Shown piece after piece: positions 10,219 through 20,829 of a DNA stretch of 64,000 nt. Every line of letters begins with the position of its first letter. Within the stretch, counting starts at the first letter, position 1. The notes under the pieces were generated by a model. That model searched no databases. It was not told where the DNA came from and saw nothing but the letters and a program-made list of their open reading frames with translations. Origin of the DNA: a virus. The translations under genes and the position numbers were made by a program. Location: the IMG/VR virus record IMGVR_UViG_3300044213_000170, positions 32,001-96,000 of that record; one strand, 5' to 3'.

Positions 10219-11583
10219 TTAGTCTTTTTTCCACTGTTTTGTGGCGGTAAAGTTCTGCTTACTAAATTCTAATCTATCTACTAATTTTACTGCCCCGCCG
10301 TCATGACCAATGGCAACAAATCCTTCAGGTGCAGTTACTTTGTATCCGTCGTCTGTTTTAATAAACGTTCCGATACTCTCGACCTGTTGAATCTTACTGA
10401 GAATAGCTAGTTTTACTTCAATGATTCGTTTATATATAGCTAATACACCTAATAGTGTATTGCTATTATCTTCCATAAATTCTTCGTTTAAAACAATCTT
10501 TTCAATCCTGCGTAAAACTGCTACTTTAACTCCGCTGTCGACTAATGCGGTGTCCAACTGTTTTCTGGCAGAAGGCTCACGTGTGGCCATATATTGATGA
10601 ATTAAGTCTTCTTGTGGTTCTGTAAATTGACTTTGTTTCATTAGATCGTCGATGTCTTTTTCCATCTTACCACGATAATATGACATAAACTCTTGTAGGA
10701 ATTTAGTAGGCTCGCCTGTTTGTTCTCCGCCGCGAACTTTATTGTTGATGAATGGTTTAATATATTGACTGAATTCTGTGTTATTTAAAACAACATTAAA
10801 TTTTTCAGGACTAATCTTCTTTAATGTGTTGGCCGCTGCCCCCAATGTTCTGCCAATCGCACTATTTTCATCTGGGGTTAAACTTGCAATTCCCGTCAAA
10901 TCTTTATATGTTGCATCATCGAACCATACATCAGCATTGGGTTGTAATCCAGCTACACTTGCACCAAAACTGGCTCTCATTTCAGGTAAATTGGGACCTT
11001 CGTACTGGGTATGAAATATAATTCCCAATTTAGCACGAGCGATACGTTTACCTAACTCACTGGCTACAGGTACTGCGTATGTTATGGTATTGGGTTGAAA
11101 TACATGGCAGGGTTCACCATTGATGTCGACGGTTTGTAAGTCACCTTCTGTAAACATCAAATCCCCTTGTAACACATTGCCTATTCCTAATTTAGGCAAA
11201 TATTTTAGTGCTGCTTCTAATTTAGCCGCAAGACCTTCTTGTTGAGAATAAAATTTACGAATATCCGCAGATGACTTACACGCCTTGGGCTCAGTTTTAG
11301 CAAATACACTTTTTGTACCTACAAAAAACTTACCGTCCGCGGGATCTACTCCGCAAATAATTGCAGGTGCTCCGTCCCATTTAACTGTTACTTTTGTGTT
11401 AGTGCCTATGCCGTCGGCAAACATCTTACGTAGGCCTTCACAGTAGCTCAATGCTCGTTGTGCACCTTGATAGCCTTCGTTAAACACTAAATCTTCAATG
11501 TGTTCTAAGTGTACATTTTTGCCCTCTTTGCTTTCAAAGAGTTGCCATTGGGGTATTGACTTTTTAATTTCAAATAATTTCAT
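10219..11583 (-). CDS. conserved T4-like phage protein with ligase-like KxDG motif (DUF6267-like)
   Basis: HLEHIEDL, TVKWDGAPA, QGDLMF, PEGFV, KLVDRLEFS. Confidence 0.65.
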   Translation of the reverse strand: MKLFEIKKSIPQWQLFESKEGKNVHLEHIEDLVFNEGYQGAQRALSYCEGLRKMFADGIGTNTKVTVKWDGAPAIICGVDPADGKFFVGTKSVFAKTEPKACKSSADIRKFYSQQEGLAAKLEAALKYLPKLGIGNVLQGDLMFTEGDLQTVDINGEPCHVFQPNTITYAVPVASELGKRIARAKLGIIFHTQYEGPNLPEMRASFGASVAGLQPNADVWFDDATYKDLTGIASLTPDENSAIGRTLGAAANTLKKISPEKFNVVLNNTEFSQYIKPFINNKVRGGEQTGEPTKFLQEFMSYYRGKMEKDIDDLMKQSQFTEPQEDLIHQYMATREPSARKQLDTALVDSGVKVAVLRRIEKIVLNEEFMEDNSNTLLGVLAIYKRIIEVKLAILSKIQQVESIGTFIKTDDGYKVTAPEGFVAIGHDGGAVKLVDRLEFSKQNFTATKQWKKD

Positions 11584-12005
11584 AATAAATGTAAGTATTG
11601 GTTTAGTATTGCAGCCTGGCCCGAAGAAACCTTAGAGTTCGGTCTATTCAATGGATGCCATTCGTCGAAGTCGTCTAATTCAAATCGTTGTTTGTCAACT
11701 TGTAATACAATAGGATGTCTTGCCAATAGTTTAACATTTGGTGGAAGACCTTGTTGCTGTTGTGTAGCAGCGGCAGGTCTCGGAGACATGCTTTGCTGAG
11801 ATGCGGCAGACTGTGTGGCTGTCGGGGATTTATATGCTAAGTTTGTGGGTGCGTGATAAAATCGATCGCTTTCGGCTTTTTGACTAGCTAGCCAACTGGC
11901 ATTAGTTTCTCCCGCCTTTGCGTTCGGACCGGATTTTCTGGCACCACCTCGCAATTGATTTACAAAATCGCCCAACCCTTCTTTAATTACTTCATTTACT
12001 TTCAT
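11580..12005 (-). CDS. hypothetical protein
   Basis: 141 aa, MKVNEVIKE start. Confidence 0.55.
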   Translation of the reverse strand: MKVNEVIKEGLGDFVNQLRGGARKSGPNAKAGETNASWLASQKAESDRFYHAPTNLAYKSPTATQSAASQQSMSPRPAAATQQQQGLPPNVKLLARHPIVLQVDKQRFELDDFDEWHPLNRPNSKVSSGQAAILNQYLHLL

Positions 12006-12243
12006 TTTGAATTCGTTTAACTCCGCGACTAAATTTAGCAGGATCTTGACCTCTAATACTATTGATCAAACGACGCTCAAGTTCGTCTGCTTGATCTGCA
12101 TCATATGTTTCTCGAATAAAATTAATAAGATTAATCGCACCTTGAATAACGTGGTTGGCACGACTTTCTACTAGGTTCTCCCTGTCTCGTTGTAAACGAT
12201 AAGAGTCTAGTTCTTCCAATAAGCTACGAGTTTTTTTCTGCAA
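11992..12243 (-). CDS. hypothetical protein
   Basis: 83 aa, TTG start, TATAAATA upstream. Confidence 0.6.
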   Translation of the reverse strand: MQKKTRSLLEELDSYRLQRDRENLVESRANHVIQGAINLINFIRETYDADQADELERRLINSIRGQDPAKFSRGVKRIQNESK

Positions 12244-12306
12244 AATAAGGCTCCAGATTAACTATATTTATAAAATTTTTAAAAGTTCAGGTAGAGGTTT
12301 TCGGGG

Positions 12307-13752
12307 TTATTCTGTTTTCTTCAATCCTGCTAACATAGCTTTGAGCTTGGTATTATTTGCTTCACCGTGTACTGGTTTATCTAAACTCCAACCTTCCCTG
12401 GGCTGTGCTCGCTGAAACCCAGATTCAGGACTTCGATCATCATCACCGACTGTACTTTTTGGTTTAATTTGATTCATTATACTACCGACCTGTGGTTTAA
12501 TAGTACCAGGAGTTCCTTGCGCCTCTTCACCAGGATCGGTAATACGTAACGTTTCAATGTCGAAATCTAAGTCAACTTTCATACCAACACCGCTAGAACT
12601 ACGAGTTTTCATCAATTGAATCTGATATCTTCCACGTTCACGCATTGCTCTACTTGTAAAAATACCAAATACATTATCTGCGGTGTTAATTTTACTAATA
12701 CCGCCCGATATATGACTATGATCAAATTCAATTTCTTCCACTGCACTACGATTTAACTGACTGGCTGTGACCATTAAAATTTGAAATTCACGGGCCAGAT
12801 TACGCAATTCTTCAGACACATATTTGTCTTTAACAAATAAATCATTTGGACTAACTTTGGCACTAACTGGCATTACCAAATCCAAATAGTCCACCATAAT
12901 AAAGTCAGTTTTACGTCCGGTTTGTACTTCGAGTTCTTTAAGATATGCACGAATTTGATTTACGTTGCTTTGTGCTGGCATATACTTAATACGTAAATTA
13001 CCTGATTTTTTGCCTGCCATTTTCACTTTAAGTTCAACAGTTTCCATATCCTTAAATACTTCTCTTGTACTAACATTGGCTACCATACTATCCATGCGCA
13101 TAGCACACAATTCTTCACTGAGTTCTAATGTAAGAAATACCCCGTTAAGTCCTTGAGTGACCCAATTAATTGCAATATTTTGCATAAACAATGACTTGCC
13201 TGATCCTGACCCGCCTGCAAAAATATTCAATTCGCCGCGATTCATGCCGCCAAATAAACGCTTATCTAAGGTTGGCCAGCCTGTGCTAACTTGACCATTA
13301 TTATCTTTAATTTTCATTAACCTGGATCTAGGATCAGCAAAATATTCTGTACCCATATCTTTAGTTAAACTGATTTGCACTGCGTCTTTAATGAGTTTTT
13401 CCACCGGATCAAAATCGCCTTTTTCAATCATATCGGCGGCTTTGAGGATAGCTCTTTCTAATTCTTGTTTTTTAGTGAACCCTTCGAATTCACTCATAAA
13501 CCAGTCATAATGATTGTCGCCTAAGTCGGGTACCGGTTTAAGTTCAGTCCCTGTTACTGCTGCTAACTGATCCCTAGTGGGCATTGCTTTATATTGTTCT
13601 ACATGATCTTTAATAAACGTTGCCACAGGTCGTAGACTGCGATCAAAGTTTTCTGGATTGTAAATATTTTGCACTCGCAGATAACTTTCTGCATTTTGCA
13701 TCATCATTTCTAAAAATAGCTTTTGTAAGTCCTGCGAGTATTCTTTTGTCAT
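12307..13752 (-). CDS. replicative DnaB/gp41-like helicase
   Basis: GGSGSGKS, TLELSE, VDYLDL, TASQLNR, KTR. Confidence 0.93.
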   Translation of the reverse strand: MTKEYSQDLQKLFLEMMMQNAESYLRVQNIYNPENFDRSLRPVATFIKDHVEQYKAMPTRDQLAAVTGTELKPVPDLGDNHYDWFMSEFEGFTKKQELERAILKAADMIEKGDFDPVEKLIKDAVQISLTKDMGTEYFADPRSRLMKIKDNNGQVSTGWPTLDKRLFGGMNRGELNIFAGGSGSGKSLFMQNIAINWVTQGLNGVFLTLELSEELCAMRMDSMVANVSTREVFKDMETVELKVKMAGKKSGNLRIKYMPAQSNVNQIRAYLKELEVQTGRKTDFIMVDYLDLVMPVSAKVSPNDLFVKDKYVSEELRNLAREFQILMVTASQLNRSAVEEIEFDHSHISGGISKINTADNVFGIFTSRAMRERGRYQIQLMKTRSSSGVGMKVDLDFDIETLRITDPGEEAQGTPGTIKPQVGSIMNQIKPKSTVGDDDRSPESGFQRAQPREGWSLDKPVHGEANNTKLKAMLAGLKKTE

Positions 13753-14768
13753 TTATTTTTCATTAATTTAATTTTTAAAGGATTTGTTTCTGCCGCGGTT
13801 AGTATTGCCTTTAGCACAAATAATTTCCCATATTTCTGAACAGCCGAGTTAATATCCTTGCAAGTTTCTCTCCAAACAGGAAAACTCACATCCCACCCAT
13901 ATTCGATAGCATGATCGATCATTTGTTTGCCAGGTTCATCCCAGTCTGGTACTACTATTACACGTTTGCCCAATGATTCGATCAACTCTGCTTGCTGTTC
14001 GCTTATTTGGTTGCCCTGCACACTGATCCCGTCAATACTCATAGCATCTATCGGCCCTTCACATACAATAACAAATTTATTGTTTGGTAACTGTTCGTCT
14101 AAATTAAAAACAAAATCCGAAGGATGGTTGCTATAGTATTTTGGTTTTATCCCGTCAACTAATGCTCTTGCAGTATATCCCACTATCCCTTGTTTGTATT
14201 TAAACGGAATAATCACTCGATGACTTAATTTGTGTTCTACTTCGGGTGTCCAATAAAAATCATATTTTTGAGCATTTAACCCTCGATCTCGTGTAATGTA
14301 GTTTACTGAATCAGAGAACAGGGTGGGCAAATTATTATAATCGGCCAAACGGTAAAATTCTGCCAATGCCCAAAAACTTTTAGCTTCCTTGGGTAACTCT
14401 CTTATTTCAAATTCGATTTTTTCTTCGGGTTCTTTAACATCTGCGGGTTCTATTAGATCTTTAATTCTGACAGCTTCGATTACCAGTCGCTGAACTTCGT
14501 TTTGATCTGCACCCAACCATCTCAGTAATTTTCTAAATTTAAAACTTAATGGGCGCCCAGGAATATAGCTGGTTTTAAATTTACAATTGAAACAAGAATA
14601 GCTTACTCCACCGTCCGGATTGGAAATTACCCCGCCGCGTCCCCGAGTGTCCAGTGACTCGCCGTTATGTTGACAACAAACCGCGTTGAAAGAAAGCCAA
14701 CCAGATTGGCTTTTTCTTCGTTTGGCTGGCAATAAACTTAATGTGTAATCTTGAACCGCATTGAACAT
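13749..14768 (-). CDS. DNA primase (zinc finger + TOPRIM)
   Basis: CC..H/CFNC zinc finger, VCEGPIDA, VPDWD, KDIN. Confidence 0.88.
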   Translation of the reverse strand: MFNAVQDYTLSLLPAKRRKSQSGWLSFNAVCCQHNGESLDTRGRGGVISNPDGGVSYSCFNCKFKTSYIPGRPLSFKFRKLLRWLGADQNEVQRLVIEAVRIKDLIEPADVKEPEEKIEFEIRELPKEAKSFWALAEFYRLADYNNLPTLFSDSVNYITRDRGLNAQKYDFYWTPEVEHKLSHRVIIPFKYKQGIVGYTARALVDGIKPKYYSNHPSDFVFNLDEQLPNNKFVIVCEGPIDAMSIDGISVQGNQISEQQAELIESLGKRVIVVPDWDEPGKQMIDHAIEYGWDVSFPVWRETCKDINSAVQKYGKLFVLKAILTAAETNPLKIKLMKNK

Positions 14769-14774
14769 CAAAGT

Positions 14775-14803
14775 ATTTTATACTAAATTACAGACAAAGT
14801 CAA
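14775..14803 (-). promoter_or_regulatory. sigma70-type promoter, leaderless primase mRNA
   Basis: TTGACT-N17-TAAAAT, 6 nt before ATG. Confidence 0.65.
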
Positions 14804-14824
14804 AGAAATTATCTGTAATTTATA

Positions 14825-16939
14825 TTATAAAATTACCGCTTCGATTAGTTTTTCGCCGGTATCTTCGCTAGATTCGAGTGCGATTCCAAAAGACATAAAG
14901 CTCAATGCAGATCCCGCAATTGCGACCCCGGCGGTTTCTGAAGCAATTAAACTATCGCCTTTGTTGACTGGTCCTACTACTCTGACTGGTACACGACCTT
15001 TTAACGCCACAGCCTGACCGTCGGCTTTTTCATTCATTAAAAATGCCGGAGCTTCACTGATTACCCCGATTGGTCTGCTGCCAACTAAACTGGCCGTTAC
15101 TTCTGCGGAACCACCGACAGATACTACCGTGCCAGTAGTATAGTTAACATCAGTCAAGTATTTTTCTGCAATGTCGGCATATAGAGCATTAACTGCGGTT
15201 ACAGTTAACGTATTAGTACTTGGATTATAGTAGAATCCGCTGTTGGTGTATGCCGTTGAATTAGCTCCCTGGGTGTTCACAAACACTGGATAATAGTTCG
15301 CATTTGTTGTTTGGTTTGCCGCATTAATAGTAGTGCTTGGCCCTGTTGGTCCTTGTGGACCTTGTGGACCTGTTGACCCAGTTGGACCTTGTGGACCTTG
15401 TGGACCTTGTGGACCTGTACCCGATCCTGCAGGTCCTGCCGGGCCTGTTGGTCCTTGCGGGCCCTGTGGGCCACCTGCCGGACCTTGTGGACCTTGCGGG
15501 CCTGTTGCACCTTGTGCACCTGTTGGACCTTGAGGACCTTGCGGACCTGTACTACCAGTTGCACCTTGCGGACCTTGCGGGCCAATCGAGCCACCGCCCG
15601 AAGTAACTGCTGCATATCCGGATACTGCACTACTAAAAGTCAATACCGCTTGTGTGTTACTGACAAAGGAAACAGATGGATAATCATATCTACCCACATA
15701 TGATACACCAGTGTTATCAATTGGTTCAATATTAACATACTGAACGCCTAAATTATGGTTGATAGTCCAAGTTGTACTTGGGGTAGTTTGTGTGTGTATG
15801 TATCCGCCACCCGAATCGCCCTTAGGACCTTGTGGACCTTGTGGACCTGTCGACCCAGCTGGGCCTTGTGGCCCTTGTGGACCAGGTGAGCCCGAGCCCG
15901 ATCCTTCCGGGCCTGCCGGGCCTGTTGGTCCTTGCGGGCCCTGTGGGCCACCTGCCGGACCTTGTGGGCCTTGTGGGCCTGTTGCACCTATTGTCCCAGC
16001 TGTACCTGCTGGACCTTGTGGACCTTGCGGACCTGTCGACCCTGCTGGACCTTGTGGGCCAGCTGGTCCGCCACCCGAGGTAACAGCTGCCCACCCCGAA
16101 ACAGCACTATCAAATGTCAATACCGCTTGTGTATTACTAGCAAAGGAAACAGATGGATAATCATATCTACCCACATATGATACACCAGTGTTATCAATTG
16201 GTTCGATATTGACGTATTGTATACCTAAGTTGTGGTTAATAGTCCAAGTTGTACTAGCAGAACTTTGAGTATGGATGTATCCGCCAGTTGCCCCCGAATC
16301 GCCTTTAGGCCCTTGTGGACCTTGTGGACCTGTACCGCCCGGCGAACCCGGTAATCCTGCTGCACCGTTAGTACCAGCCGGGCCTTGTGGTCCTTGCGGA
16401 CCTGTTGCCCCAGTTGCCCCAGGTAATCCTTGTATTCCGATTGGTCCTTGTGGACCTGTTAAACCTACCGGACCTTGTGGTCCTTGTGGACCTTGTGGTC
16501 CTACTGTGCCGACTGCGCCGGCTAAACCTATCTGCCAATTATTATACGTTCCACTGCCAAGTACGCCAGATACGCTAACAATCAATTGACCATTTGCTGT
16601 AGTATAACTAGTAATATTACCAGTCATCAAATCTGAACCATCATAAGCAATAATTACTTCTTGCCCAATGGAGTATGCTAACCCTGCTTCAACAGTTAAA
16701 GTATGTGTTCCTGTGCCAATAGTTAAATTAGTGGAAGATATAGTTGTATATTTGTCGCCAAATACCCCGTCAGCTCCTTGGGGTCCTTGGGGTCCTTGGG
16801 GCCCTTGTGGGCCACTCGACCCGAGTGTTGAAGTTACATTTGCAAAATTTTTGTTTATTTTATTAAATGCATCTCGTAAATTATCTCCAGTCCCGTCGTT
16901 GGGACTGGTGCCGATATTAATATTTCCAAATGAACTCAT
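14825..16939 (-). CDS. collagen-like tail fibre
   Basis: [20 protein letters not shown]-terminus, long G-P-Q runs, C-terminal YADIAEKY...GRVPVRV domain. Confidence 0.85.
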   Translation of the reverse strand: MSSFGNINIGTSPNDGTGDNLRDAFNKINKNFANVTSTLGSSGPQGPQGPQGPQGADGVFGDKYTTISSTNLTIGTGTHTLTVEAGLAYSIGQEVIIAYDGSDLMTGNITSYTTANGQLIVSVSGVLGSGTYNNWQIGLAGAVGTVGPQGPQGPQGPVGLTGPQGPIGIQGLPGATGATGPQGPQGPAGTNGAAGLPGSPGGTGPQGPQGPKGDSGATGGYIHTQSSASTTWTINHNLGIQYVNIEPIDNTGVSYVGRYDYPSVSFASNTQAVLTFDSAVSGWAAVTSGGGPAGPQGPAGSTGPQGPQGPAGTAGTIGATGPQGPQGPAGGPQGPQGPTGPAGPEGSGSGSPGPQGPQGPAGSTGPQGPQGPKGDSGGGYIHTQTTPSTTWTINHNLGVQYVNIEPIDNTGVSYVGRYDYPSVSFVSNTQAVLTFSSAVSGYAAVTSGGGSIGPQGPQGATGSTGPQGPQGPTGAQGATGPQGPQGPAGGPQGPQGPTGPAGPAGSGTGPQGPQGPQGPTGSTGPQGPQGPTGPSTTINAANQTTNANYYPVFVNTQGANSTAYTNSGFYYNPSTNTLTVTAVNALYADIAEKYLTDVNYTTGTVVSVGGSAEVTASLVGSRPIGVISEAPAFLMNEKADGQAVALKGRVPVRVVGPVNKGDSLIASETAGVAIAGSALSFMSFGIALESSEDTGEKLIEAVIL
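15337..16812 (-). repeat. Gly-X-Y collagen repeats and a duplicated ~70-aa domain
   Basis: GGACCTTGT-type 9-mers; GGYIHTQ...AAVTSGG present twice (~15590-15810 and ~16070-16285). Confidence 0.9.
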
Positions 16940-17001
16940 GTTTTAACCCAAATAATAGTTGTATTTATTCAATTTAAATTATTCATGATATTGGGTATAC
17001 A

Positions 17002-17223
17002 TTAGTTTATTTCTTGCCGTTCGATACTTGACACCACTTTCTGATTATTGCCACTTGTACATACTTCAATCACAAACTCGTAATATTTACCATGCAACCC
17101 ATCTCGCGCCAACTGATAAGTAAATCCTGTCGGAGCTTGGGATGTTATAGAACTAGATTGATTACTTGCTATAATGTAGCTTGTTGTATTAACTCGTTGT
17201 GGGTAGCGTGGTTCTGCAGACAT
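17002..17223 (-). CDS. hypothetical protein
   Basis: 73-aa ORF. Confidence 0.5.
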   Translation of the reverse strand: MSAEPRYPQRVNTTSYIIASNQSSSITSQAPTGFTYQLARDGLHGKYYEFVIEVCTSGNNQKVVSSIERQEIN

Positions 17224-17240
17224 TTTAATTTGCCTTCGTA

Positions 17241-17447
17241 TTATTTCCAGGGGCGTCCTTCTATTAGTCCGCCGGCATTCGGCTGCGAATCAGGTTCAAT
17301 ATTATTTCCTACATAAGGATTAGGCAATTCAGTTTTATCTAATAGATGACGACGGCCATCGGATATACGTTTAGCAGTTGCAAGTGCTAGTTTAGCATCT
17401 TGTTTTTGTTGTCGTGTGGTTAAATGTGCTATTCCATTTGCGGACAT
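17241..17447 (-). CDS. hypothetical protein
   Basis: 68 aa, MSANGI...GRPW. Confidence 0.6.
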   Translation of the reverse strand: MSANGIAHLTTRQQKQDAKLALATAKRISDGRRHLLDKTELPNPYVGNNIEPDSQPNAGGLIEGRPWK

Positions 17448-17450
17448 AAT

Positions 17451-17750
17451 TTACTCCTCGGCAGAATATTTAGGATACATGCTAATACTATCACTACGCA
17501 TATCAGCAGGATTTTTACTGTGATGCATGTCTGTACCTGCAGGGAAAGCCGCGGTTATTGGAAATATCTGTTCGTTAGGTTTCGTGGTTGCACGTGCAAC
17601 ACCTGCCAATCTAGCCAACTGTTCCAATTCGCTGGTATTTTCGGGCTCTTGTTGTGCTACTATTTCAACAGTATTTACTTGCGGCATCTGTTCTGCTTGT
17701 TCGGCATCTACCAAATCTGCCAGTGTTCTTAAAAGTTCTGCTATTTTCAT
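17451..17750 (-). CDS. hypothetical (probable head) protein
   Basis: MKIAELL start, LARLAG motif. Confidence 0.55.
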   Translation of the reverse strand: MKIAELLRTLADLVDAEQAEQMPQVNTVEIVAQQEPENTSELEQLARLAGVARATTKPNEQIFPITAAFPAGTDMHHSKNPADMRSDSISMYPKYSAEE

Positions 17751-17788
17751 AAATTGTTGCCTATTAGATATTTATTGTATTCCGTATG

Positions 17789-18229
17789 TTATCGAGGGAT
17801 AGAACTAATTAATAATTGGCCACTGGCTCCATAGTTATCATCAACATAAGCCGCAACGTTAGCGGTACCGGTGTTGACCACCACTGCGTATGTATAACTT
17901 TCTCTATCTAACACCGCGACATCATTGCTACTTAATGTAACAGTACCTAATCCAGCTGCAGAGTTTACTATAGTTACATTAGCACGTAAAACTACATTAG
18001 CATCGGCATTAACATAAGCATCGACAATGTTAAATTGTAAGGCATACCCAGTAATATCAACGGCTTTTTGATCACCGTTTTGCACTTTAATTTTTAAAAT
18101 ATTATCTACACCTTTGTAGATTTGTATTGGTCGTGTATACACTACTCTATTCCTTTGCGTGATAGTGGGATCTGTAGTAACTTGTACTGTGACCCATTGA
18201 TCATATAAAAACGAATTTATTTGTTGCAT
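17789..18229 (-). CDS. Ig-like/BppU-like virion protein
   Basis: Beta-rich, IYKGVDN...DQKAVDITG; start placed at the ATG just after TAAATA. Confidence 0.55.
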   Translation of the reverse strand: MQQINSFLYDQWVTVQVTTDPTITQRNRVVYTRPIQIYKGVDNILKIKVQNGDQKAVDITGYALQFNIVDAYVNADANVVLRANVTIVNSAAGLGTVTLSSNDVAVLDRESYTYAVVVNTGTANVAAYVDDNYGASGQLLISSIPR

Positions 18230-18232
18230 TAT

Positions 18233-18292
18233 AGAGTATTTATTCAAAAACCATAATCAAATCACACAAAATTTTTGGATTATAAATACTCT
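18233..18292. promoter_or_regulatory. divergent late-type promoters
   Basis: ATAAATACTCT on both strands as an inverted repeat, resembling the T4 late TATAAATA box. Confidence 0.6.
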
Positions 18293-18664
18293 GTGACTGA
18301 AATTCAAGAACTACTGGATAACTACCCCTTTTTAAGTTTCGTAACTTATGGTGGTAATGAATATATCGGGATTATACAAAACATCGATGATGTTATTACC
18401 AGCATCTACGATTTTAGTATGCTTAAAACCCCCGAGCAGAAACATCTCTATCTAGAATTAGGAGAGGCTTGGTGGTGGGAAAGTAATAGGATGGTTCCTA
18501 TTAATATTTTCTTGAAAACAGAATGGATATACTTTAAACCTTGCTTAAAAACATTCAACAGCAAAGATGTAGAAGTAAAATATGGCCCAGCATTGAGCCT
18601 TAAAGAAAATGCTCAAAAACGTTCAAAGCGACGTAGTATTACATTAGTTCGTCGGATCGTTTAA
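18275..18664 (+). CDS. hypothetical protein (true start probably GTG 18293)
   Basis: 129-aa ORF, WWWESNRMVPINIFL. Confidence 0.65.
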   Translation: MDYKYSVTEIQELLDNYPFLSFVTYGGNEYIGIIQNIDDVITSIYDFSMLKTPEQKHLYLELGEAWWWESNRMVPINIFLKTEWIYFKPCLKTFNSKDVEVKYGPALSLKENAQKRSKRRSITLVRRIV

Positions 18665-19228
18665 ATTCATATTAACTACCACAAGTTGTGAATAGGCCAG
18701 ACTATGGCTCTTCTTGAAATAATAACTGTCATCAGCAGGTTTTTCCCAAATGGTTTCAGCAACTTCTTTCCACGGTTTCCCTATTAAATGCCGCTTTGCA
18801 GGCCTAATCACTGACAAAAACATGGCCAGCCTGGGAATACTGTCTATGTGCTCGGGCATTTTCATCATAGTGTCATAATGATTATTAATGTGAATTAACT
18901 GCTCACAGAATGCACGATCACGCAACTTGCTCCAGTCGGGCTCGCGAGTCATTAAATCTATTAGATGTTGCTCGCTGGTAATCCTATTATAGATATTCAC
19001 ATTAAGAAAGTCCAACTTTAAATATCCGCGAGATTCTGCAACTTGATAATCCAAGCTAGCTTGTCCAGTAAAAGGGTCTACTGGGATCTTTTGAAAATAG
19101 ACACCGGTATTGTGCTTAGTGATATTGCCATCCTTGATAATACTAGCCGGGGTATGCACTAATAAAGCAAGAATTTGATCTCTGTTAGCAAAATCTATGT
19201 CAATGTCTGAGTTAAATTTTTGATCCAT
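18644..19228 (-). CDS. miniature DNA polymerase III alpha (DnaE)-like protein
   Basis: DIDIDF, KHNTG, KLDFL, IRP, FKKSHSLAY in 194 aa. Confidence 0.8.
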   Translation of the reverse strand: MDQKFNSDIDIDFANRDQILALLVHTPASIIKDGNITKHNTGVYFQKIPVDPFTGQASLDYQVAESRGYLKLDFLNVNIYNRITSEQHLIDLMTREPDWSKLRDRAFCEQLIHINNHYDTMMKMPEHIDSIPRLAMFLSVIRPAKRHLIGKPWKEVAETIWEKPADDSYYFKKSHSLAYSQLVVVNMNLNDPTN

Positions 19229-19502
19229 ATTTTAATAAAATCCAAGTTGCAATGTCATCGGTGCATTCAAATTCTACATATCTATTAGACATAGTTTGGT
19301 AAACATTGTCCCAAACAGAGGGATTGTATGTCCAACTAAAATCCTTATGGACAGTATATCCGATATTATCTAATCCTTCGAGTATTCTGTAGATCTCGCC
19401 GACGTCGTCTAATAGTATAGTAACTGTTGTCATCAAAAATATATAGATTTTACAATCCTGCTTCCTGTAAAATATTTTTAATATACTCAGTATCTGCAAC
19501 AT
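19212..19502 (-). CDS. hypothetical protein (start likely 19433)
   Basis: ORF between neighbours. Confidence 0.45.
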   Translation of the reverse strand: MLQILSILKIFYRKQDCKIYIFLMTTVTILLDDVGEIYRILEGLDNIGYTVHKDFSWTYNPSVWDNVYQTMSNRYVEFECTDDIATWILLKYGSKI

Positions 19503-20133
19503 AATCTTTGAATTTTTGTTGCCAAAAATCAGGATCGATCCACGGTATGATTAATTCAATTTGTTCGTCATTGAGTTGACTTAATAAGGTAACTCCTGTG
19601 TCACAATTAAACACAATCCACGGGCTGATTCTACCATTGGATATGTGATGACATATTCTATTAACATTGCCGGCACGAAAATAGTTACTAAAATTGTTTT
19701 GTAATTGTTGACTATTTTCTGCATATTCCTGCATTTCCTTAAATGCTCGATCTAATGCGTCATCGACACTTTCTTTACGCATATATTGTTTAAGCCACTC
19801 AACGTAAAACTCATCCTTGGTCCATTGATCCAATTTTTTATTATTTTTAAGTAGCCAGTCAGCGAAACTGCTAAAATTTACACAACGAATTCCACGACAA
19901 TATCTGCCGAATTTTACAAATGCCGAATAGAAATTACTGGTGGCAAAATCCTCGTAAGTTTTTAACTTGGCACTGCCTTGAGTAATTTCGTAAAATCTTA
20001 AATACGCCTTAAATCCCAGCTGAACATCGGGATCAGACTGATTTCGTGCCCTGCGTTTAGGCTCACAAAGGTGTACAGCCAGTGTACTCTCCTTTGCATA
20101 AGTCTTTTTGCAGTATTGGCAAGTATAGTTCAA
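19450..20133 (-). CDS. C2H2-type zinc-finger protein
   Basis: CQYCKK...HLC N-terminus. Confidence 0.6.
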   Translation of the reverse strand: MNYTCQYCKKTYAKESTLAVHLCEPKRRARNQSDPDVQLGFKAYLRFYEITQGSAKLKTYEDFATSNFYSAFVKFGRYCRGIRCVNFSSFADWLLKNNKKLDQWTKDEFYVEWLKQYMRKESVDDALDRAFKEMQEYAENSQQLQNNFSNYFRAGNVNRICHHISNGRISPWIVFNCDTGVTLLSQLNDEQIELIIPWIDPDFWQQKFKDYVADTEYIKNILQEAGL

Positions 20134-20594
20134 CCCAGTTCCTTTTTAATCTCAGCATCGGTCATACCAAGGTTTTTGGCCAATTCTTTTAACTCTTTAT
20201 CTGTGTTAATGCTAGCCAGCAATGCCGCTTCATCTTCTTTAATATGTGGAAATAATTTAATAATAAATTTAATTGCTTTGCTATTGCCGCTTTCTTTCTT
20301 TTTACTGGCTTGCCAATAATGTCTTTGTGTGCCCATGTCGGGGCTAACTGTAGTGCATAGCAACCATTGTAATTTAGGGTGGCGACCAAGGTCAAAGAAA
20401 TTTCTATTTACTTTTTCATTAGTCGAACGCAAATACCATTCTTGCAAATCTGCAGAACCTTGTACACTGGCGGCATATCTCAACATTAAATAAGGACTAA
20501 ACTTTTTGCGTTCTTCCTCATTGAGATCATCGTAAAAGTCTCTGTTTTTACGATCAAGTTGAGTCATTTCATTGTTAATTGATAGCTTATCCAT
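20130..20594 (-). CDS. clamp loader small subunit-like (gp62-like)
   Basis: FSPYLMLRY...N...HPKLQW; replication context. Confidence 0.6.
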   Translation of the reverse strand: MDKLSINNEMTQLDRKNRDFYDDLNEEERKKFSPYLMLRYAASVQGSADLQEWYLRSTNEKVNRNFFDLGRHPKLQWLLCTTVSPDMGTQRHYWQASKKKESGNSKAIKFIIKLFPHIKEDEAALLASINTDKELKELAKNLGMTDAEIKKELG

Positions 20595-20829
20595 TTTCTT
20601 TAATCAAGTGATATAGCATTATAACACGATCTACTTCTTCTTGTAAAGCCTTGTTGGTCTTTGCAGTCTGTCGAATTTTAATCCAAAGATTGTGTTCGTC
20701 TAGTTCAATTTGACTAGCAGTTCTGCCAACTTCAAATCGTTCGCTGTGTGGGGCACCGAACTCTCTGGCATAGGTAACCCCACTTGCACGTTCGTAAATA
20801 TAAGTTACACCCGGTTTAAGTTTTCCCAT
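20587..20829 (-). CDS. hypothetical protein
   Basis: 80-aa coupled ORF. Confidence 0.55.
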   Translation of the reverse strand: MGKLKPGVTYIYERASGVTYAREFGAPHSERFEVGRTASQIELDEHNLWIKIRQTAKTNKALQEEVDRVIMLYHLIKENG

